Of a stretch of 64,000 nucleotides of DNA, positions 1 to 10,057 are shown piece by piece; position 1 is the first letter of the stretch; the number at the start of each line of letters is the position of its first letter. Under the pieces are notes generated by a model. The model saw only the letters and a list, made by a program, of their open reading frames with translations. It was not told where the DNA came from and did no database searches. This DNA is from Desulfatiglandales bacterium (GTDB lineage: Bacteria > Desulfobacterota > DSM-4660 > Desulfatiglandales > Desulfatiglandaceae): contig OY759599.1 in NCBI GenBank assembly GCA_963662465.1, forward strand, positions 2,528,001-2,592,000, written 5' to 3'. Position numbers and translations under genes: made by a program.

Positions 1-2240
1 AATTAGCGGATGACTGCATGCTCTTTCGCCGGCGTCTGGTTCAGCATATCGGCCTGTTTGACGAAGCGCTGCAACAGGGCAGTGAATCGGCGGATTATTG
101 TCTCCGTGCGGCCCTTGCGGGATACCACAATGTCATCGCCGGGGATGTGTTTGTTCAATGCGAAGATCCTTCTTTGAAAACAAACAAAAATTCGTTTACA
201 TACAAATGGAGCGGCATCGATCTAAAGAGCCATGATGGAAAGAGACTCGCGGTACTCAATGCGGTTGAGGCGGCCGAAGACTTCTATCACAAAGATGAAA
301 TCGACAAGGCCGTTCGCGCGCTCATCGATGCGCTAAAATACAGCCCGCACGAGATATCCATCTATCACCGACTGGCACAGATGCTCATCGATTGTAAACG
401 CTTCCAGGAAGCGCTTGAGGCAATCAAGGCCATTCCCAAAAAGAACAGGGAGCATCCCAAAACCCTGGAACTTGCCGGGTATTGCAAGGAAGGCATGGAT
501 TTAGATGACGAGGCCGAACCATTGGCGGACCGCGCCCTCTCCCTAAACCCCTCCTGTGCGGCGGCGCTCAACCTGAAAGGCGTGCTGGCCTACAAAAGAG
601 GCGACAAAGACGCATGCCGGGCCTTTTTAGACAGGGCCATGGTCGCTGATCCCGGTTATGGAGACGCCTATACCAACATGGGGATTCTTGACTGGGGGGC
701 CGAACATCAAGAAGATGCGCTCAAATTTCTGGAAAAAGGTTGCCGCCTGTCCCCTGCAGTCTCAGATCATATTGAGGCCTATCTTTCTGTTATTTCAGAC
801 ATGTCGGAATTTGCAAAAGCCGAGGAAATATTTCGCGAGGCAAAGGCCCTGTACCCTCAAAACCGCCGGATTCTATGGGTCCTGATCGATATCCTGTTCC
901 GGCAGGAAAAATATGAATCGGCCTTGCAGGAAATCCAGGGCGCCATGACCACTTTCGGCATTACCGATGATATTCTTGCCACGGCAGAAACGGTCCTTGA
1001 TAAACTGAGTACCCGGGAGACAAAGGAAGCCGAAAAATCACCCAAAATCTCGCTGTGCATGATCGTCAAAAATGAAGAAAAATGTCTGACCAAATGCCTC
1101 ATGAGCGCCCTGCCCGTTGTAGATGAAATCATTATTGCAGACACAGGCTCAACCGACAGAACCCGGAAAATCGCAAAGGCATTCGGCGCAAGGGTGCTGA
1201 ATTATGAATGGACGGATGATTTTGCGGCGGCCAGGAATGCCTCGCTTGAAAATGCCGAGGGCGAATGGATACTGGTCCTCGACGCAGATGAAGTCATATC
1301 GCCACTGGACTATGACCCCCTCACCAAACTCGTGAAAAATGCATCCGAGCATCCTTTAGCGTACACCATCACCACCCGGAACTATGTCAGGCCCGTTTAT
1401 ATCAGCGGATGGACCTGCAATAAGGGAGGCTATCCGGATGAGGAACAGGGGACAGGCTGGTATCCATCCCGGAAGGTGCGCCTTTTTTCAAATGACCGCC
1501 GCATCCGCTTTCAAAACGCCGTCCATGAACTGGTGGAACCCTCATTAAAGGCCATCGGGATTCACGCAAAAGAGTGCGACATTCCGATACACCATTATGG
1601 CCAGCTTGACAAAAATCACTATGTGGCCAAAGGAGAAGAATATTATCTTTTGAGTAAGAAAAAACTCGAGGAAAAAGGCGATGATCTTCAAGCGCTCATT
1701 GAGTTAGCCACTCAATCCGGCGGTGAATTTGGAAAATACGAAGAAGCAATCGACCTGTGGAAAAGGGTCCTGAAGCTGGATGCCAAAAACAAAAAGGCTT
1801 TTTTGAATATGAGCTTTAATTACTTGAGGCTAAGACGCTATGAAGCGTCCCGTGAAGCAGCCAAAAACGCCATTGCACTGGACCCCTCTTTAAAAGAGGC
1901 GGTGATCGCTTTTACCACCTGCGAACTACTAATCGGAGATGCGGAAAAAAATGTTTTAATGCTTGAAGACTTGTTAAGACAGTTCCCTGATTATCCGATG
2001 GCACTGGCCATCCTGGGCGCCACCTATGGCATGGGTCATGAAGAAGAAAAAGGATTTTCCCATATCAGGTATCTCATGAAAATGGGATTCGCATGCGCCG
2101 ATTATCTGTATGACTTATCGGAACGGCTTGTTTCCCTGAGAAAAGCCGACAGGGCTGCTTCGCTGCTGGAGTTCGCCGTCAGAAGCGGCAATGGCACGAA
2201 AAAGGTAAGGGAATTGATGGATAGTCTGTTGATTGGATGA
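1..2240 (+). CDS. TPR-containing GT2 glycosyltransferase (5'-truncated by window)
   Basis: TPR repeats, GT2 motif ISLCMIVKNEE...DTGSTD...WILVLDADE; paralogue of 10058-12805, whose N-terminal ~185 aa are missing here. Confidence 0.88.
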   Translation, partial: LADDCMLFRRRLVQHIGLFDEALQQGSESADYCLRAALAGYHNVIAGDVFVQCEDPSLKTNKNSFTYKWSGIDLKSHDGKRLAVLNAVEAAEDFYHKDEIDKAVRALIDALKYSPHEISIYHRLAQMLIDCKRFQEALEAIKAIPKKNREHPKTLELAGYCKEGMDLDDEAEPLADRALSLNPSCAAALNLKGVLAYKRGDKDACRAFLDRAMVADPGYGDAYTNMGILDWGAEHQEDALKFLEKGCRLSPAVSDHIEAYLSVISDMSEFAKAEEIFREAKALYPQNRRILWVLIDILFRQEKYESALQEIQGAMTTFGITDDILATAETVLDKLSTRETKEAEKSPKISLCMIVKNEEKCLTKCLMSALPVVDEIIIADTGSTDRTRKIAKAFGARVLNYEWTDDFAAARNASLENAEGEWILVLDADEVISPLDYDPLTKLVKNASEHPLAYTITTRNYVRPVYISGWTCNKGGYPDEEQGTGWYPSRKVRLFSNDRRIRFQNAVHELVEPSLKAIGIHAKECDIPIHHYGQLDKNHYVAKGEEYYLLSKKKLEEKGDDLQALIELATQSGGEFGKYEEAIDLWKRVLKLDAKNKKAFLNMSFNYLRLRRYEASREAAKNAIALDPSLKEAVIAFTTCELLIGDAEKNVLMLEDLLRQFPDYPMALAILGATYGMGHEEEKGFSHIRYLMKMGFACADYLYDLSERLVSLRKADRAASLLEFAVRSGNGTKKVRELMDSLLIG

Positions 2241-2252
2241 TGAGGAGCAACC

Positions 2253-2381
2253 ATGAATACATTCAAATCGTTTATTAATGTTCCGCCCTTTATCAATCGG
2301 GAGAAAGAGATGCATTCTCTCAGGACCTGGATAACCGAACAAACGTGCGGCGCTATATGGCCGTTTGGATCACAATCATAA
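2253..2381 (+). pseudogene. N-terminal remnant of a P-loop ATPase (42 aa)
   Basis: RBS GAGGAG, then MNTFKSFINVPPFINREKEMHSLRTWITE; F-x-N-R-E-x-E resembles the start of ATPase_2-type proteins; stops before Walker A. Confidence 0.45.
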
Positions 2382-2390
2382 GGAGAGGGC

Positions 2391-2807
2391 ATGAATTTAG
2401 ACGAAACCTATGACTTTAGAAACACGAGATGGGGCATGACAAAAAAGGAGGTTCTGGCCGCCGAGCCGGATATGCCGGTTGTCAATACCGATAACCAGAT
2501 CGGGTATTTTACCCAAATTCTGGATAAGAATATTTATGTGGCCTTTGTTTTCGACAATGAGCACCTGGTCTCCACCCTGTATGCATTGAGGGATATGCGT
2601 GAAAAACTGGAGGACTCTTTCAAGGATTTTGAAGACTTCAAACAGATCCTCACCATGAAATACGGTGAACCGAACAGCGGCCAGGGGGATGTGTGGACCG
2701 ATCCGTCACAGGGAAACAAGGATACGCTGAAGGCCCTTTTACAAAATAAACAGGCGAATTCCAAAACCCTGGCATTGGCGGAATACTGCAATGAAGGCAT
2801 GGTTTGA
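2391..2807 (+). pseudogene. Truncated paralogue of 4989-5495 fused to a TPR-GT fragment
   Basis: First ~110 aa closely match 4989-5495; tail SKTLALAEYCNEGM matches PKTLELAGYCKEGM of the 1-2240 protein. Confidence 0.75.
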
Positions 2808-2985
2808 ACCAGGAGGCGGAGCAACTGGCAAACCGTGCACTTTCCATGAACCCATCGTCTGCGACCGCCCTTAACCTGAAAGGCGTTCTGGCCCACAAGA
2901 GCAGAGAGCCTTATCGGCGTTGGAAAAAGAGAAAGGGCTGTTTTCATGCTGACGTTTGCCCTCGAAAACGGCAGGTCCGAGCGTG
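2755..2985 (+). pseudogene. Collapsed remnant of a third TPR-GT2 gene
   Basis: Frameshifted piece EAEQLANRALSMNPSSATALNLKGVLAHK (mid-gene TPR) joined to SLIGVGKRERAVFMLTFALENG (similar to the C-termini of the two long paralogues). Confidence 0.65.
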
Positions 2986-3156
2986 GCTGGATCACGTATT
3001 GTGGAGAAGCCAGTAGTGAGACATGACGATTGATTACAGCAATGCACACAAGCTGGCGACTTGAATTTTCTCGTGCATACACATCGGCTGGACCACAAAT
3101 ACCTCGAATTTTGCGAATACAGAAATTGCCTGATCTTGAATTTATCCAGACTATAT

Positions 3157-4764
3157 ATGACTGAAACTGCCCTTTATGAACGAAATATGTTTTCCGTTAA
3201 GGAAATGCTTGACTCTGCAATATGTTATCATCGCAACGGCGAGATTGCAAAGGCGCTTACGCTGTATCGGCGTATCCTGCAAGCCGAACCGGATCAGTCC
3301 CAGGCACTGCATGGGATGGGAATTATCGCATTTCATTTGAAAAAATATGATGTGGCCCACAGTCTGATTACCAGAGCCATCAAGCGCAGACCGGATGTGG
3401 CCTGTTTCCATTATAACGCCGGGCTTGCGTCAATTTCACTTAACAGAGCAGATGAAGCCGTTTCGGCTTTCAAAGAGGCAATCCGGCTGAATCCCGCCTA
3501 TTCGGACGCCTATTATAACCTTGGGCTTGCGCTAAAAAATCAGCAACAGTTTGATAATGCTGTTGAAAACTTTAGGACCGCAATTCACCTTTGTCCCGAA
3601 GATGCGGACGCCCACTATAACCTTGGAAACACCTACAAAGCTTTGGACCGGTACGAGGCTGCAGCGGAGAGCTATCGCATGGCGGTACGATGCAGGGAAG
3701 AATTTCCCGAGGCCCATCATAACCTTGGCGTTGTACTAAAGATCATGGGCCTCCTCGATGTGGCCATCCGCCATTTCAGAAAATCGATTCACCTGCAAAC
3801 GGATCTTGCCGAGCCCCACTGGAGCCTGTCTCTTGCGCTTTTGCTGAACGGAGAATTCGAAGAGGGCTGGAAGGAACATGAGTGGCGGTTTAAGATGGGG
3901 AAAATGGATACAATCTATCCACATGTTTTTGAAATCCCCCGATGGGATGGTTCTCCGTTTCCGGGTAGACGCTTGTTTGTTCATTCGGAACAAGGTTTTG
4001 GAGATACGCTGCATTTTGTTCGATACCTCCCCTTGGTAAAGCGACTCGGGGGAAAGGTGGTTTTCGAGACCTTCAAGCCACTTCTGGAAATTATGAAAGG
4101 TTTTTCAGAAATCGACGAACTGGTTGAGATCTCCCCAAACAGGGACTTTGCCGAAACCTGTGACTATTATGCCCCCTTGATGAGTCTGCCCATGCTCCTG
4201 AGAGGGCGCTTTGAAACCATTCCTCAAGAGATTCCATACATTACGGCAGACCCGGAAAAAGCGACACAATGGAACCAACGCATTGGAAAAGCGGGATTGA
4301 AAATAGGCATTGCGTGGGCCGGCAAGCCTGCCCACAAAAATGATAAAAACCGCTCATGTCAATTGCGGCATTTCTTGCCACTAACTGAAATCCCCGGAGT
4401 TTCACTTTATAGTTTACAAAAAGGGGATGCCGTGCAAGCAACTGAAACTTTTGAATGGGCGAAGTGTCTGATTCGGCTTGATCGGGAATTGTCAGATTTT
4501 TCAGTAACTGCTGCCGTGATTGAAAACCTGGATCTGGTTATTTCCGTTGATACGGCGCTAGTCCACCTGGCCGGTGCCATGGGTAAACCAGTCTGGATAC
4601 TACTGCCGCATGCTCCGGACTGGCGATGGATGCTACACCGGGAAGACAGTCCCTGGTATCCGACCATGCGTCTTTTTCGCCAACCTTTACCTGGAAATTG
4701 GAATTCTGTATTCGAAAAGGTAAGAGATGAATTGTACAAACTCATAAGCCGAAGAAGAGAATGA
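3157..4764 (+). CDS. TPR + GT-B (GT9-like) glycosyltransferase
   Basis: N-terminal TPRs; EQGFGDTLHFVRY and LDLVISVDTALVHLAGAMGKP...DWRW motifs; start uncertain (3061-3187). Confidence 0.88.
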   Translation: MTETALYERNMFSVKEMLDSAICYHRNGEIAKALTLYRRILQAEPDQSQALHGMGIIAFHLKKYDVAHSLITRAIKRRPDVACFHYNAGLASISLNRADEAVSAFKEAIRLNPAYSDAYYNLGLALKNQQQFDNAVENFRTAIHLCPEDADAHYNLGNTYKALDRYEAAAESYRMAVRCREEFPEAHHNLGVVLKIMGLLDVAIRHFRKSIHLQTDLAEPHWSLSLALLLNGEFEEGWKEHEWRFKMGKMDTIYPHVFEIPRWDGSPFPGRRLFVHSEQGFGDTLHFVRYLPLVKRLGGKVVFETFKPLLEIMKGFSEIDELVEISPNRDFAETCDYYAPLMSLPMLLRGRFETIPQEIPYITADPEKATQWNQRIGKAGLKIGIAWAGKPAHKNDKNRSCQLRHFLPLTEIPGVSLYSLQKGDAVQATETFEWAKCLIRLDRELSDFSVTAAVIENLDLVISVDTALVHLAGAMGKPVWILLPHAPDWRWMLHREDSPWYPTMRLFRQPLPGNWNSVFEKVRDELYKLISRRRE

Positions 4765-4877
4765 ATTCATCAGTACTTCCTCTGCTAAAGCTTAATTTAG
4801 GTTGTGGACAGAACCCTCTTCCGGGCCATATCAATGTGATAAAAGAGATTCGGATGCTGCTGAAAGTTGTTAAGTAG
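4761..4877 (+). pseudogene. N-terminal remnant of a class I SAM methyltransferase (38 aa)
   Basis: ATGA overlap with the upstream stop; LKLNLGCGQNPLPGHINV resembles SAM-binding motif I, then the frame ends. Confidence 0.6.
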
Positions 4878-4988
4878 AGCTTGGACTGCTACTTTCGTTT
4901 TATTACCAACACAGGAGACTTGAAAGCAAGATTGACAGGTATTTTGAGGCTGTTCTTATTAGAAATCCCTAAAACTCAAAGGAGGAAC

Positions 4989-5495
4989 ATGAATTTAGAT
5001 GAAGACTACGATTTCAGAAACACCCGATGGGGCATGACAAAAGAAGAGGTTCTGGCTTCGGAGCAGGCTGAACCTGTTGTCCACACCGATAACCAGATCG
5101 GGTATTTTACCCAAATTCTGGATAAGAATATTTATGTGGCCTTTGTTTTCGAGGAAGACCGGCTGTTCTCCAGCCTGTACGCCTTACGGGATATGCGTGA
5201 CAATCTGGAGGATTCCTTCCGAGATTTTGAGGACTTAAAAAAAATACTCACCATGAAATACGGAGAGCCAAACGCCGGTCAGGGGGACGTGTGGGCCGAT
5301 CCCTCTTTTGGAAATGAAAGCGAACTCAAAGAGATTCTGGATGAGCCTGTACAATATGAACTGGCATTGAAGGAAGGGCGCATCCTCCATGCCGCATTGT
5401 GGAAAACCCAAAACACCTGGATCAAAGTGACGTTATCTAAAATAATGGAAGGACAGGTGTGCGGTGTGACGATCGAGTATCAGAAGATAGAGTAG
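4989..5495 (+). CDS. Hypothetical protein (FRNTRWGM motif)
   Basis: RBS AGGAGG before ATG 4989; full-length version of 2391-2807. Confidence 0.8.
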   Translation: MNLDEDYDFRNTRWGMTKEEVLASEQAEPVVHTDNQIGYFTQILDKNIYVAFVFEEDRLFSSLYALRDMRDNLEDSFRDFEDLKKILTMKYGEPNAGQGDVWADPSFGNESELKEILDEPVQYELALKEGRILHAALWKTQNTWIKVTLSKIMEGQVCGVTIEYQKIE

Positions 5496-5505
5496 CCATA
5501 GTTTT

Positions 5506-7629
5506 CTATGGCCGGGGGAGAGCAGGCACCTTGAAGCTTCGGGGTGAATTTCCTGATTTGAAACCCTTCCATGCCATTCGATAAGCTTTTTCAAGATGGG
5601 CTGCAAACCTTGGAATATCAAACAGGGGATAGATCGACATGTTTCGCCAAAGCCGTTTTTTCACTTCGCACAACTCGCCTTTGTCCCCTGCCAGGGCAAC
5701 GGATTTCTCTTCATATTCCTGAATACCACTACAAATCATATCCTCAAGCCCCACATGGGTGAGAAAACTGGAACAGATCCTTGAATAAAAGCTTTTTCCG
5801 GGGCAGGTTACAATGGGGAGTCCCGCCCACAGGGAATCAATGGCGGTGGTCGAAGCATTGTAGGAAAAGGTGTCCAGAAACAAATCGGCCAATCGGTGAC
5901 GGGCAAAGTGTTGGGATTTATCCGGAACCCTTTCGGCAAACACCAGACGGGTCGGATCAATACCTCGTGTTTGGGCTTCCATTCGCAGGTTTTGCACCAG
6001 TCCTGCCGATTGTTTCGGGTTGGAGAGCCACAATTGACTTCCCGGGACCCGGTGCAGAATTCTCATCCATACATCAAAAACCTCCCGATTGATCTTCTGA
6101 GGGTTATTGAACGCACAGAAAACCGTCACATTCTCATCCAGATGGAAATCGCTTCGAACTAAAGACGCATCAGAAACAGGCGGCGTATCGGTTGGATGGT
6201 AAACTTCCGGCATGCGGATAATTTTTTCCGTGTAGAGCTCTTCTTCCCCCTTGGGTATCACCACATCATCGGCGATGACATAGTCCATAAACGACAGACC
6301 GAGACCGCCTCCGTGTCCGAGCCAATATATTTGGATCGGCGCAGGCCGATGGGCGAGAATTTCAAGCCGGGCGTCTTTCATATAACCGCATAGATCCACA
6401 AGGATGGCAATGCCGTCGCTTGCAATGCGATCGGCGGCGGCATGGTTGGAGAGTCGGGACAGGTCGATAAAGTGATCGCAACGGCTGCTGATCATCCGGT
6501 GATAACCGGAAGTTTCACGGGATCGATCTCTTAAAGAGTAGGCAAATATTTCAAAATTTGATCGGTCGTGGGCGGAGAACACCCCTTTCAGTACATGACT
6601 GATGGGATGATCCCCAAAGTCGGGAGAAACATACCCGATTTTAAGTTTTGAGTTTGAATCGGGAAAGGAAAAGTGGAATGGCTGTTTAACTCCCGAAAAC
6701 GATCGATCCACAAAGCGGGTCAGCCGAGGTTTGATCTCTTCATCCAAGGAAAGCAACGGCGCCAGATAGATCAGCTCATCCTGCCAACGGGTGAGATCCT
6801 GTTCCAGAAACATATCCAGCTTGGCAAGGATCGTTTGTTTCAGGGTTTCGAGTTCGGTTAATTCTCCAAGGCTGAGCAGCATACAAGCAAGGCCCGCATA
6901 AGGGGCGGCGTAACGGGAATGGGTCTGGACCGCTCTTCCGTAACAGGCCCGTGCCGATTCAAACAGTCCCATGTCCTGTAATGCGCTTCCCGCGTTGATG
7001 AGCGCCTCTTCATTTTGGGGATTTGCTTCCAGCGCCTTTTTGTAGCACGAAAGCGCCATATCCAGTTTCCCCAATTTTTTGAATGCCCGCCCCATGCCGT
7101 TATGGGCCACCGAGTGACCGGGTTCTTGGTTTATGACCTGCTGGAAGCAGTCAATTGCCTGATCCGGTTTGCCTTGGTCGTTAAAGATAGCGCCCATATT
7201 GCACCAGGCGCCGAGATGGTTTGAACTAATTTGGACGGCACGTCGATAGCTGGAGATGGCGGTATCCGGCCTCCCCTGTTTTCTCAGGGTATTTCCGATA
7301 TTGTAATGAACATCCGCATAGTCGGCATCCAGATGAATCGCCTTTTGATAATTCGCCAAGGCCTCCTCAAACTTTCCCAGCGCATTTAAACCGACACCCA
7401 GACTATTGTAATAAAAAGGGCTGTCAGGATTATTCCTGACAGCCCTTTTTATTAGATCAACCGCTTCTTGAAAACGGCCCCTTTGATAGTAAACCAGCCC
7501 CAAATGGTGAAGGGCGTCGGGATGGTCAGGCGCCCTCCCGAGGACCTCTTTGTACCCACTTTCAGCCTGTTGAAACCGACCGGATTCATAGTGCCCTGTC
7601 GCTTGTCGAAACGTTTTTTCTATCGTCAC
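5506..7629 (-). CDS. TPR + GT41 (O-GlcNAc transferase/SPINDLY-like) glycosyltransferase
   Basis: TPRs then IGYVSPDFGDHPISH, RPAPIQ, DLFLDTFSYNASTT..LWAGLP motifs. Confidence 0.92.
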   Translation of the reverse strand: MTIEKTFRQATGHYESGRFQQAESGYKEVLGRAPDHPDALHHLGLVYYQRGRFQEAVDLIKRAVRNNPDSPFYYNSLGVGLNALGKFEEALANYQKAIHLDADYADVHYNIGNTLRKQGRPDTAISSYRRAVQISSNHLGAWCNMGAIFNDQGKPDQAIDCFQQVINQEPGHSVAHNGMGRAFKKLGKLDMALSCYKKALEANPQNEEALINAGSALQDMGLFESARACYGRAVQTHSRYAAPYAGLACMLLSLGELTELETLKQTILAKLDMFLEQDLTRWQDELIYLAPLLSLDEEIKPRLTRFVDRSFSGVKQPFHFSFPDSNSKLKIGYVSPDFGDHPISHVLKGVFSAHDRSNFEIFAYSLRDRSRETSGYHRMISSRCDHFIDLSRLSNHAAADRIASDGIAILVDLCGYMKDARLEILAHRPAPIQIYWLGHGGGLGLSFMDYVIADDVVIPKGEEELYTEKIIRMPEVYHPTDTPPVSDASLVRSDFHLDENVTVFCAFNNPQKINREVFDVWMRILHRVPGSQLWLSNPKQSAGLVQNLRMEAQTRGIDPTRLVFAERVPDKSQHFARHRLADLFLDTFSYNASTTAIDSLWAGLPIVTCPGKSFYSRICSSFLTHVGLEDMICSGIQEYEEKSVALAGDKGELCEVKKRLWRNMSIYPLFDIPRFAAHLEKAYRMAWKGFKSGNSPRSFKVPALPRP

Positions 7630-7689
7630 CCTTCCCTCTTATGTTACATTTGTTACATTTTTTTCGCCGAATTTTTTGTCTGTCGACAC

Positions 7690-8076
7690 TTATTGCTCGG
7701 CCATTGGCCGACTTCTCAAACCGGCCGCCAAACCATTGTTGATATTGATAATTGCACTCAATTTCTCACGATCAGGCGTGACCAGCATTTCAAAAATTCG
7801 ACTGTCAATAAACACACTGAGATTGAGCAAATTCTGGCGCAATTTTTTATCCATGGGATGATCGGGCTTTGCAAGTTCTGCCTGCAATATGGACCAAACG
7901 CGCTGGTTGTACGTGCAAGCCTCCTCAAGGTCAGCCCTGCGATTTTCCGAATCCCAGTTTTTTTGACAATCTCTCAGTTTGGCGGCAGCCTTGCTCAACA
8001 CCCTGGCTTCTATTTCACGTCCGGACATCGTCGCGGCGGCCGACTTCTCGTATGCGTTATATGCATTACCGTACAT
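7690..8076 (-). CDS. flaF: Flagellar biosynthesis regulator FlaF
   Basis: AY..SGREIEARVL...YNQRVWS...LRQNLLNLSVFI...ININ pattern; follows flbT. Confidence 0.9.
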   Translation of the reverse strand: MYGNAYNAYEKSAAATMSGREIEARVLSKAAAKLRDCQKNWDSENRRADLEEACTYNQRVWSILQAELAKPDHPMDKKLRQNLLNLSVFIDSRIFEMLVTPDREKLSAIININNGLAAGLRSRPMAEQ

Positions 8077-8452
8077 TTAACAACTCCTTTTCGTATTCTA
8101 TGAGTTCCCGTGTAAGCTTGAGCGCCTGATAATACCGGGTATGAAGTATATGATCGCTGATCCCGTCAATCCGTTCCAGCATGCTGGGCGCTGCCGCCAG
8201 GACATCCTGGACTTCCCGCCAATATTGCTTGTGGTAAACTTTCAAGTTGGTTTCATCCACATACATAAGCTGAACGATAAAATAAATCCTGCGGCAAGGA
8301 GAGTCAGCCTCTTTCTCCGTCATGATATCCTTTTCACGCAGAATAGGGACTTTGTTTTCCACCACGAAGTCGGCTGTCCTATTCCCGTTTGCCAAGACAG
8401 CCCCGCCGATAATCATCCGTTCCTTTGGTTTCAGTGTAATTTTCAGCGCCAT
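8066..8452 (-). CDS. flbT: Flagellin translational regulator FlbT
   Basis: MALKITLKPKERMIIGGAVL...ILREKDIM..EADSPCRRIYF.VQLMY. Confidence 0.93.
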   Translation of the reverse strand: MALKITLKPKERMIIGGAVLANGNRTADFVVENKVPILREKDIMTEKEADSPCRRIYFIVQLMYVDETNLKVYHKQYWREVQDVLAAAPSMLERIDGISDHILHTRYYQALKLTRELIEYEKELLNVR

Positions 8453-8494
8453 GGTTTCGACCCGCCCAAACTATAAAACTACAGCTTCAGTCAG

Positions 8495-8526
8495 AAAAAT
8501 AGGAGGGGGCAGTTGCGCCCCCCTCC
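8495..8526 (-). terminator. Intrinsic terminator after flagellin
   Basis: GC-rich hairpin GGAGGGGGC/GCCCCCCTCC followed by a T tract on the minus strand. Confidence 0.75.
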
Positions 8527-8546
8527 ATTACATCCCGCGGTTAAAG

Positions 8547-9704
8547 TTAGAACAACCTCAAGACAGACTGCGCTGACTGTGCAGACATGCTCAGTGAGGT
8601 GACGGCGAGGCTCTGCTGGGTTTGCAGCATCAGCATATTCGCCCCCTCCTCGTTCATGTCAGCCAGGGTGAGGTTATCCGCACCGGTTTCAAGCGTATTG
8701 ATCATACTTGTACTAAAAGCCTGCCGTGCCTTGATGGTACTCAGGTTGGAGGCGAGATCCGAGGCTTCCATCTCCAGTTTATCCTTCGCGGCCTCAAGCT
8801 TACCGATGTCTGTTTCCGCGTTTGCTTTGCTTGCCCAACCATCTGTGGCCGTCACTTCCAAACCAAGTCCGAGGTTCGCCCTGGCATCAAAACCGCCCAA
8901 GGTAATCGAATGGTCATCCGTAAAGTCCACCACCAGTTGGTTTGCTTCATCTGAGACCGTATCCAGAAGATTGGTTCCCTTGTAGTTGGAATCCGCCACA
9001 AGATCATCAAGCTGGGCCATCAACTGTGCATACTGCGCCACAAGATTAGCGCGTTCATCGGCTGAATCACCTCCCCCAGCGGTTAGCACGGACTCGGTAA
9101 TCCTAGCCTCATTATCAGTATTGACCACAACATCTCCGGCTTCCATGTCGCCACTGCCCCTTGCAAGAGAGATTGTGGCGCCATTGACGCTCGTGGCATC
9201 TATTTCCTGGGTTTCAGCATTTGAATTGATCAGCATTGCAAGGTTAGCTGCGGCTATGGAATCACTGCCACCGATCCCAAACGAAGTTCCACTTGAAGCA
9301 TCGCCGGTAGCAGCCGTATATTGATAACCTCCGATCGTTACGATGTCGCCGTCCTCGACATCGTCAAGGGTTATGGTTTGGGTTGCGTTCCCTGCGGAGG
9401 CATCCAACTCCTTGGCATCCTTTGCGACGGCAATCGCGGAATCGATTAATGAGGTAATGCCTGTAATACCCGCATTTGCCGCATTGATCGCCTGAACCGC
9501 CTCACCCATCCCATCCTTGTACGCAGCCAGACCCGAAGCCCGCTCCATATGGCCCTTGGCCGTAAAATAGCTGCTCGGGTTATCGAGTGCCGAGTTTACC
9601 TTTTTACCGCTGGAGAGACGCGTTTGGGTTTGGTCCATCATTTGCGCCGTATTCTGGAGAGAATACAGATTGCTCCTCATTCCTGCTGTTAATGATATCG
9701 ACAT
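8547..9704 (-). CDS. fliC: Flagellin (alphaproteobacterial-style termini)
   Basis: RLSSGKKVNSALDNP at the N-terminus; LTLADMNEEGANMLMLQTQQ...VLRLF at the C-terminus. Confidence 0.95.
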   Translation of the reverse strand: MSISLTAGMRSNLYSLQNTAQMMDQTQTRLSSGKKVNSALDNPSSYFTAKGHMERASGLAAYKDGMGEAVQAINAANAGITGITSLIDSAIAVAKDAKELDASAGNATQTITLDDVEDGDIVTIGGYQYTAATGDASSGTSFGIGGSDSIAAANLAMLINSNAETQEIDATSVNGATISLARGSGDMEAGDVVVNTDNEARITESVLTAGGGDSADERANLVAQYAQLMAQLDDLVADSNYKGTNLLDTVSDEANQLVVDFTDDHSITLGGFDARANLGLGLEVTATDGWASKANAETDIGKLEAAKDKLEMEASDLASNLSTIKARQAFSTSMINTLETGADNLTLADMNEEGANMLMLQTQQSLAVTSLSMSAQSAQSVLRLF

Positions 9705-9858
9705 GATTTATTCTCCTTTCTGGATTTTCATTTGGCTTTCTTGCCTGGTGGTTTGTTGATTAGCCGACTTCATTGCGGCCTTCAAGTGCATTTCCCATCT
9801 CTTTTCCGATCTCCACCTCCCTTCAGGACGCTCCTTATGTACTGCGCCTTTAAATTCA

Positions 9859-9885
9859 GTATCGGTATCATGGGGAAAAACTTTA
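9859..9885 (-). promoter_or_regulatory. Sigma-28 promoter of flagellin
   Basis: Minus strand TAAAGTTT-N11-ACCGATAC versus consensus TAAAGTTT-N11-GCCGATAA. Confidence 0.8.
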
Positions 9886-10057
9886 GAAAAAAAGCATCTT
9901 TTAATATGACGCCAAAATCAGATGCCTCTATTGTCTTGACATCGGAAGTGCATATAGGTGAAAAAAAGGACGGTGGCGCCGTCAAAACATTCAGTAACGC
10001 ATTTTCTTATAAAACAGTTTCGCCACTTGTTGCGGTTTACCGGCAACTCTTGAATTC

